In this document: in pieces, positions 58,260 through 64,000 of the stretch
How the letters are laid out: the number at the start of each line of letters is the position of its first letter
Numbering within the stretch: position 1 is the first letter of the stretch
NCBI RefSeq assembly: GCF_042688385.1
Contig: NZ_JBHUPY010000007.1
Coordinates: forward strand, 194,110-258,109
DNA: 64,000 nt
Direction of reading: 5' to 3'
From: Herpetosiphon sp. NSE202
Lineage (GTDB): Bacteria > Chloroflexota > Chloroflexia > Chloroflexales > Herpetosiphonaceae
The notes under the pieces: generated by a model
Seen by the model: the letters and a program-made list of their open reading frames with translations, nothing else
What the model was told of the DNA's origin: nothing
Databases searched by the model: none
Program-made: the position numbers and the translations under genes

Positions 58260-59509
58260 ACTATTGCATCTTGGCGCTTGGCTCGCGGGGTGATGTGCAG
58301 CCGTTTATCGCTTTGGCACGTGGTTTGCAGGCCCAAGGCCATCAAGTTGTTATCGCCGCCGCTCACGATTATCGGGCATTGGTCGAAAGCTATGCTTGTC
58401 GCTTTGCCCCTTTGATTGGCTCGATTCAAGCTTTGCTTGACCCTGAGCAGATGGCAGCGGGCTTGGCAGCAGGTCGCGGCGCAATTATCAAACAATTTCT
58501 CCAACAAACGCCGCCACTTATTCAGCAATTAATCGCCGATGCCTTGGCAGCCTGTCGTGATGCAGATTGTTTGATCGTGGCGAGTTTAGGGTTCTGGCCT
58601 GCTTTACATCTCGCTGAGCATTTGCAAATTCCGGTGGTGGTGGTGCATATGCATCCGTATGGCGCTAGCAGCCAAACGGCGCATCATTTTATGCCCCAAT
58701 TGACTTGGCCCATCTATCGCCGCATGAGCTATGTGCTAGCCGAACAGGTGCAATGGCAAGTGCTGCGTATGGCCTTTAACCAAGCACGCCAGCAGATTTT
58801 GCAACGGCCAAGCCTGAGTGTCGGCCAACTTTGGCAACGTAGCCGCCAGTTTCAACCGCCAAGTTTATATGCCTATAGCGCCTTGGTTGCGCCGCCGCCT
58901 GCAAACTGGCAGAACGCTGGTGCGATTACCGGCTATTGGATGCTCGAACCAGCAGCAAACTGGCAAGCGCCAGCGGCAGTGCGTGATTTTCTGGCAGCAG
59001 GCCCAGCCCCAATCGCCGTGAGTTTTGGCAGTATGATCCATGGCCAAGAGCGCGGCGCAGCATTAAGCCAATTGCTGATTGCAGCCAGCCAAAAAGCCAA
59101 CCTGCGCTTGATTATCAACCAAGGTTGGGGCGATTTGGGCCAAGGTCAGTTGCCAAGCAATTGCCTAGCCGCTACTGGCTTGGATTATGCTTGGCTGTTT
59201 GAGCGCGTTGCGGCGGTGGTGCATCATGGCGGCGCGGGCGTAACCGCAACCGCGTTGCAGGCAGCCAAGCCAGCCTTGGTCACGCCATTTTTGGGCGACC
59301 AATATTTTTGGGGCCAACGGGTGTATGCTTTAAAAACTGGGCCTGCGCCTGTGCCAGCCAATCGATTGCAGATTGATCGTTTGGCGCAACTGTTGCGCAG
59401 CTTGAGCGAACGCACTGATTATCACCAAGCAGCCCAACAGCTTGCCAGCACATTAGCCGCTGAACATGGCGTACAGCAAGCCATCGCATGGCTAGAGCAA
59501 CGGTTTTGA
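58256..59509 (+). CDS. GT1-family (MGT/UDP-glycosyltransferase-like) glycosyltransferase
   Basis: N-terminal ILALGSRGDVQPFIALARGL. C-terminal HHGGAGVTATAL donor-binding motif. Confidence 0.75.
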   Translation: MNYCILALGSRGDVQPFIALARGLQAQGHQVVIAAAHDYRALVESYACRFAPLIGSIQALLDPEQMAAGLAAGRGAIIKQFLQQTPPLIQQLIADALAACRDADCLIVASLGFWPALHLAEHLQIPVVVVHMHPYGASSQTAHHFMPQLTWPIYRRMSYVLAEQVQWQVLRMAFNQARQQILQRPSLSVGQLWQRSRQFQPPSLYAYSALVAPPPANWQNAGAITGYWMLEPAANWQAPAAVRDFLAAGPAPIAVSFGSMIHGQERGAALSQLLIAASQKANLRLIINQGWGDLGQGQLPSNCLAATGLDYAWLFERVAAVVHHGGAGVTATALQAAKPALVTPFLGDQYFWGQRVYALKTGPAPVPANRLQIDRLAQLLRSLSERTDYHQAAQQLASTLAAEHGVQQAIAWLEQRF

Positions 59510-59533
59510 ACTTTTTAATTACGAGGTAGTACT

Positions 59534-60520
59534 ATGCAGTTTCCTCTGCGCATCGCCGGCATCGGCGCTTACGTTCCAGCAACCATCGTTACCACCAGCG
59601 ACTTGGCCGAGCGCTTTGGGGTTGATTCCAGCATCATTGAGCGCACCACGGGCATTACCGAGCGCCGTTATGCGGTGGAAGAAACTGCCTTGACGATGGC
59701 GGTTCAAGCCTCACAACAAGCGCTAGCCGATGCCAAGTACGAGCTTGATAGTATCGATTTGATTGTGGTGGCTGCGGCAGGCATGCATCAATACATTCCA
59801 TGTACCGCTGCTTTGTTGCAAAAGGCTTTACAAGCACCAGCGGGCCGCAGCGCATGTTTCGATTTAAACGCTACCTGTTTAAGTTTTCTGTTTGGCTTGC
59901 AAGTGTTAGCACCCCTGATTGCCAGCGGAGTGTATCAACGGGTGCTGTTAGTCAGCACCGAACGCGCTTCGGTTGCGCTCGACCCCAACGAATGGCAATC
60001 GACAGCGCTGTTTGGCGATGCCGCTGCCGCCGTTATTTTGGAGCGTGGCGATGGCAGCAGCAGCCTCGAACGGAGCCAATTTACAACATGGAGCAATGGT
60101 AGCGATTTGATTCAAATTCGCGGCGGCGGCTCAAACCAGCATCCCAATGCAGCCACTACCACGCCCGACATGAATTGGTTTTCAATGCAAGGGCCGCTAG
60201 CATTTCGCTTTGTGTTTCGTGAGCTTCAGCAATTTGTAAAGCAATTTTTAGTCGATCTTGGCTGGCAAAATCACGAAGTCGATGCTTTGATTCCACATCA
60301 AGCCAACCGTCATGCAATTGAGCAAGTGCAAGTTCGCTTGGGCTTTACAGCTGATCAAGTGATTAGCAATTTTGCCAAACGTGGTAATTGTGTTGCCGCC
60401 TCAATTCCCTTAGCGTTGGCCGAAGCTGTCGCCGAGGGCCGCATCCAACGCGGCAATCGGTTGGTGCTGCTTGGCTCGGGCGCTGGCATCACCTTGGGCG
60501 TAGTGGCCTTAATTTACTAG
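59534..60520 (+). CDS. FabH-like 3-oxoacyl-ACP synthase III (KASIII)
   Basis: Catalytic triad contexts: CFDLNATCLSF (Cys), IPHQANRH (His), GNCVAAS (Asn). Confidence 0.8.
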   Translation: MQFPLRIAGIGAYVPATIVTTSDLAERFGVDSSIIERTTGITERRYAVEETALTMAVQASQQALADAKYELDSIDLIVVAAAGMHQYIPCTAALLQKALQAPAGRSACFDLNATCLSFLFGLQVLAPLIASGVYQRVLLVSTERASVALDPNEWQSTALFGDAAAAVILERGDGSSSLERSQFTTWSNGSDLIQIRGGGSNQHPNAATTTPDMNWFSMQGPLAFRFVFRELQQFVKQFLVDLGWQNHEVDALIPHQANRHAIEQVQVRLGFTADQVISNFAKRGNCVAASIPLALAEAVAEGRIQRGNRLVLLGSGAGITLGVVALIY

Positions 60521-60523
60521 GAA

Positions 60524-61276
60524 TTGGCAATGGTTGTGTTGATTACTGGGGCTGGCACTGGCCTTGGTCAGGCCATGGCGCTGGCCTTGGCCAAACGGGG
60601 CGCAACAATTATTCTGGTTGGCCGCCGCCGCGAAAAGCTGGCCCATAGTGCTGGCTTGATTACCCAGGCTGGCAGCCAAGCGTGGCCAATTGTTTGCGAT
60701 CTAAGCGATCAGCAGGCGGTGGAAACACTCGCCAAACAGATTAAACACCGCTATCTTCAGCTCGATTTAATCATTCATAATGCAGCAATCCTCGCTGGCG
60801 GAGCTTTTGAACAGCTGCCTGAACAGCACATTTTAGCTGCAATCAATGCCAATCTTGTATCGCCAATTTTGCTTACCCGCCAACTTTTGCCCAAAGCAAT
60901 CTTGATTGTTGGCAGCACGGTCAGTAGGGTTGCCATGCCCGGCGCAAGCCTGTATAGCTTGAGCAAAGCGGCGCTTGAGGCATGGGCCTTGGCGCTCGCC
61001 GCTGAAACCACAATCAAGGTTGTGCGGGCCTATCCGCCTGCCAGCAAAACCGCAATGACCGCCGCCATGGCCCAACAAAGCGGCCAGCGTTTTCCCCTAG
61101 CCGAGCCAAACCAGGTAGGCGAGCACATTATTCGGCGCTATTTGGCGGGCGAAAGCGAAATTATACTGAGTATCAATGATCGATTGCTTTTTTGGCTGCA
61201 ACGCTACAGCCCAAAACTGCTCCATGCATTGCTCAAACGCTATCATCGCCAGCTGATCAAGCTGTGGAGTTCCTAG
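60524..61276 (+). CDS. Short-chain dehydrogenase/reductase (SDR)
   Basis: TGAGTGLG cofactor motif. YSLSK catalytic YxxxK. Confidence 0.75.
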   Translation: MAMVVLITGAGTGLGQAMALALAKRGATIILVGRRREKLAHSAGLITQAGSQAWPIVCDLSDQQAVETLAKQIKHRYLQLDLIIHNAAILAGGAFEQLPEQHILAAINANLVSPILLTRQLLPKAILIVGSTVSRVAMPGASLYSLSKAALEAWALALAAETTIKVVRAYPPASKTAMTAAMAQQSGQRFPLAEPNQVGEHIIRRYLAGESEIILSINDRLLFWLQRYSPKLLHALLKRYHRQLIKLWSS

Positions 61277-61285
61277 CGCAAGCAT

Positions 61286-61314
61286 TTGACAAACCAAAGC
61301 GAGCCGACTACAAT
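61286..61314 (+). promoter_or_regulatory. Consensus-like sigma-70 promoter for the peptide ABC transporter operon
   Basis: TTGACA-17 nt-TACAAT. Confidence 0.6.
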
Positions 61315-61365
61315 TGCCACCTTGTTGATACTTAATATCAATAACTAATAATGAAAGGTTTGGCA

Positions 61366-62919
61366 ATGCGGCGTTTTGGTGCTCAGCTTTTAGGGCTAAT
61401 TCTGCTTATACATCTGTTAATCGCCTGTGGCACAGCCAGCGAAACAGCTCAACCCACAACTTCGACGAATGCAGCGAGCGAGCAAACGGCCAATTCCAAC
61501 GGCGTGTTGCGAATTGGTACCGGTATCAATTTGCCAGTTGGCTTGAATGTAGCGCAAGGCTCCACTGGCTACAACATGGTGACCTATGGCGCGGGCGAAA
61601 CCCTGATGCGCTTTACTGTTGATAATAAGCTTGAGCCGTGGTTGGCTGAAAGCGTCAGCGCGCTCGATGCTACGACGTGGCAAATTAAATTGCGCCAAGG
61701 CGTACGCTTTCATGATGGCAGCGAACTCAAGGCTAGCGATGTAGTTACTTCATTCAACAGTAGCTGGCAAAACTTGAGTGCCGCCAAAAACTTCATTCCT
61801 GCAGATAGCAAAACCACAGTGATTGATGATTACACCCTCATCTTGAGCACCAGCCAAGCTGAAGGCAGCGTGCCCTATAGCCTTGCCAACTGGAATTTCG
61901 TCATTCACAAGCCTGCAGTCAATGGAATTTCGGTGTTGACTGGCATGTATCAGCCGATGAGTCTCGAAAAAGACCAAGAATTGGTGCTCGAACGCTTTGC
62001 TAATTATTGGGATGGTCAGGCAGGCCTGCAAAAAATCAGCGTCAAGAAAATTCCCGATGCCAATGCCCGTTCTTTGGCTTTGCAAAGCGGCGATTTGGAT
62101 CTGTTGACCAACGTCGCGCCTGATTTGGCCAGCGGCCTACCAGCAGATATTGAGCTTCAGAGCGTTGCTGGCACGCGCATGCATTATGTTATGTTAGATA
62201 GTGCCTATCCGCCATTTGATGATCGTTTGGTGCGCCAAGCCATGACCTTGGCAATCGATCGCCAAGCCTTGTTGCAAGCGACACTTGATGGCCAAGGTGC
62301 TGTGGCAACCAATCTTTATCCAGCAAGTGTTGGGATTGAACTTGTCGAAGCCCAAATTTTTGATCCTGCCCAAGCTGCCAAATTGCTTGACCAAGCGGGC
62401 TGGGTTGTCGGCAGCGATGGCATGCGCAGAAAAAATGGCCAAGCATTGGCTTTTACCTTGCACAGCTACCCAGGTCGCGCCGAAATCACCATGATGGCAA
62501 TCGCGATTCAAGCCCAATTGAAAGAGCTTGGGATTGCGGTTGAGGTCAAGGAAGTGACCGATATTGGCGAAATCGTCGAAAAAGGCAACTTCAACGCCAG
62601 TATGTATTCAATCGGCACCTCGCCAGATCCCCAATATACCGTTGGCACAACGCTGATTAAAGGTGCGGCCTACAACTATGCTGGCTATAGCAACCCAGCA
62701 ATTGAAAGCGCCTTTGCAGAATTGCGCGCCGAGCAAGACCATGTCAAACGGATCACAATTGCCAAGCGGATTCAAACCGAAGTCAAAAATGATCCAGTGA
62801 ATATCTATCTTGCCAGCCCGCCGCTGATTACGGCCTATCGCAAGGGCAGCCTCAGCGGCTATGTGCCCAATCCCAATGATGTGTATTTGATCACCAAGGA
62901 ATTGAAACTCAATCAATGA
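61366..62919 (+). CDS. ABC transporter substrate-binding lipoprotein, family 5 (oligopeptide/dipeptide/nickel type). Alternative start at 61351.
   Basis: Lipobox LLIACG. SBP_bac_5 architecture. RBS GAAAGG before the 61366 ATG. Confidence 0.8.
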   Translation: MRRFGAQLLGLILLIHLLIACGTASETAQPTTSTNAASEQTANSNGVLRIGTGINLPVGLNVAQGSTGYNMVTYGAGETLMRFTVDNKLEPWLAESVSALDATTWQIKLRQGVRFHDGSELKASDVVTSFNSSWQNLSAAKNFIPADSKTTVIDDYTLILSTSQAEGSVPYSLANWNFVIHKPAVNGISVLTGMYQPMSLEKDQELVLERFANYWDGQAGLQKISVKKIPDANARSLALQSGDLDLLTNVAPDLASGLPADIELQSVAGTRMHYVMLDSAYPPFDDRLVRQAMTLAIDRQALLQATLDGQGAVATNLYPASVGIELVEAQIFDPAQAAKLLDQAGWVVGSDGMRRKNGQALAFTLHSYPGRAEITMMAIAIQAQLKELGIAVEVKEVTDIGEIVEKGNFNASMYSIGTSPDPQYTVGTTLIKGAAYNYAGYSNPAIESAFAELRAEQDHVKRITIAKRIQTEVKNDPVNIYLASPPLITAYRKGSLSGYVPNPNDVYLITKELKLNQ

Positions 62920-63866
62920 GTAGCTTGCTCCGCCAAATTGCTGGGCGCATGCTAAGCGGGCTGATCGTCTTATGGATGGTCAGCGTGCTGGCTTTTCTGA
63001 TTATTCATGCTGCCCCAGGCGACCCAGCCCGCATGCTGTTGAATGCCAACGGCCTTGACGCGCCGCCAGTCGAAGCGGTCGAGGCCAAACGGCGCGAGCT
63101 TGGCCTCGATCAACCGTTGCTCAACCAATATAGCAATTGGATTGAAGGCATTGGGCAAGGCAATTTTGGCAGCAGCTACCATTCGGGCAAGCCTGTTTGG
63201 CTGATGTATCGTGAGCGTTTGCCAGCAACCTTGATGATGGCTGGCTTGGCCTTGATGCTCTCGCTGAGCATTGCAATTCCCTTGGGCTTGCTGAGCGCAA
63301 TCAAACGCCACAGCTTATTAGATCATACGGCGCAGCTGTTGGCGGTCATTGGGGCGGCAATTCCTGGCTTTTGGATTGGCTTAGTGCTCATTTTGATTTT
63401 TGCGGCCAAACTACGTTGGTTGCCAGCTTTGGGTAGCACCACATTTAAAGGGATGTTGCTGCCAGCAATCATCTTGGCCTTGCCCAATATTGCCCTAACC
63501 TCGCGGCTCGTGCGCGCAACGACGCTCGATGTGCTGAATCAACAATACATCCTAACTGCGCGGGCCAAAGGTCGCTCGGAACATGGCTTGTTATTTGCCC
63601 ATGCCTTGCCCAATGTTGCTGCCAGTTTGATAACCCCAATTAGCCTTGAGATCGCCTTTTTGCTCACAGGGACGGTGATTATCGAGCATGTTTTTGCCTA
63701 TCCCGGGATTGGGCGTATGGCTGTTGAGGCAGCGTTAATTGGCGATATGCCAGTTTTGGGCTTGGCGGTGTTGATTGCAGGAGGAATCTATGTTGTCGCT
63801 AACTGGTGCGCTGACCTCGGTATGGCAGCGCTTGACCCACGGCTCCGCCAACATCGCCAAAGCTAA
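62916..63866 (+). CDS. ABC transporter permease (DppB/OppB-like)
   Basis: Six TM helices. EAA-like loop. ATGA overlap with the SBP gene. Confidence 0.85.
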   Translation: MSSLLRQIAGRMLSGLIVLWMVSVLAFLIIHAAPGDPARMLLNANGLDAPPVEAVEAKRRELGLDQPLLNQYSNWIEGIGQGNFGSSYHSGKPVWLMYRERLPATLMMAGLALMLSLSIAIPLGLLSAIKRHSLLDHTAQLLAVIGAAIPGFWIGLVLILIFAAKLRWLPALGSTTFKGMLLPAIILALPNIALTSRLVRATTLDVLNQQYILTARAKGRSEHGLLFAHALPNVAASLITPISLEIAFLLTGTVIIEHVFAYPGIGRMAVEAALIGDMPVLGLAVLIAGGIYVVANWCADLGMAALDPRLRQHRQS

Positions 63867-64000
63867 ACAGGCTGAAGAGCAACGAGCCAAGCCTCGCTTG
63901 AGCAGCCTTGGCCGCGTGGCAGCGGCAATGTTGCTGCTCATGGTTGTGGCCGTCAGTATCGGCCCATGGTTTTGGCAGGTCGATCCACTGGCGCAGAATG
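63790..64000 (+). CDS. ABC transporter permease (DppC/OppC-like), 5' portion only. Truncated by the window end.
   Basis: GGAGGAATCT ATG start in +1 frame inside the dppB-like 3' end. Translated N-terminus ...RLSSLGRVAAAMLLLMVVAVSIGPWFWQVDP typical of DppC. Confidence 0.6.
   Translation, partial: MLSLTGALTSVWQRLTHGSANIAKAKQAEEQRAKPRLSSLGRVAAAMLLLMVVAVSIGPWFWQVDPLAQN

Noticed and set aside
1-64000. Prophage, IS element, or integron signatures
   Set aside because: No integrase, transposase, recombinase, terminal inverted repeats of IS type, or attC-like sites were recognised.
1-64000. tRNA/rRNA/tmRNA genes
   Set aside because: Intergenic regions were scanned by eye for cloverleaf-compatible GC-rich stems and conserved T-loop (GTTCRANYC) motifs. 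None were found.

Overview
This 64 kb window reads as bacterial chromosome, densely coding on both strands. Composition is about 50% GC, with a few AT-rich islets at 3.3-4.4 kb, 18.0-18.7 kb and 36.3-36.9 kb. Gene content and a very distinctive family of GC-rich palindromic interspersed repeats (consensus near TCCCTCACCCCCAACCCCTCTCCCGTGGCGCGGGCGAGGGG) suggest a Chloroflexi-type genome, possibly Herpetosiphon-like. That assignment is inference only.

Confident housekeeping calls are lepA, panD, moeA, cls, upp, aat, clpS, a PP2C phosphatase, a ROK glucokinase, an S8 subtilisin, a TetR regulator with its tandem palindromic operators, a LysR regulator, two ECF sigma/anti-sigma pairs, a PadR regulator, a sensor histidine kinase, and two ABC transporter sets.

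Most interesting findings:
1. A stand-alone bacterial major vault protein (MVP) homologue at 31307-32695. It is bracketed by repeat-rich non-coding DNA that contains an exact 20-bp inverted match.
2. Two tandem paralogues of eukaryote-type GT21 ceramide glucosyltransferase-like enzymes plus an alpha/beta hydrolase (33008-36211), immediately downstream of and convergent with the MVP gene.
3. A four-gene minus-strand operon at 51966-54179 encoding a DUF4388 protein, an MglA-like small GTPase, a Roadblock/LC7 (MglB-like) protein and a single-domain sensor globin. This would couple a haem/gas sensor to a Ras-like polarity switch.
4. Two tandem paralogous small 4-TM proteins that share a QQLQVE loop motif, in an AT-rich islet upstream of a GldG-like/ABC transporter set.
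5. A pseudokinase-TM-VWA fusion protein at 38416-40155.
6. A CsoR-like metal sensor followed by a ChlI/BchI-type AAA+ ATPase at 44385-45709.
7. A six-gene plus-strand operon (55168-61276) that looks like a glycolipid or small-molecule biosynthetic cassette: epimerase, MBL hydrolase, PaaK/LuxE-like adenylating enzyme, GT1, FabH-like KASIII, SDR.

No tRNA, rRNA, CRISPR array, transposase or integrase was recognised.
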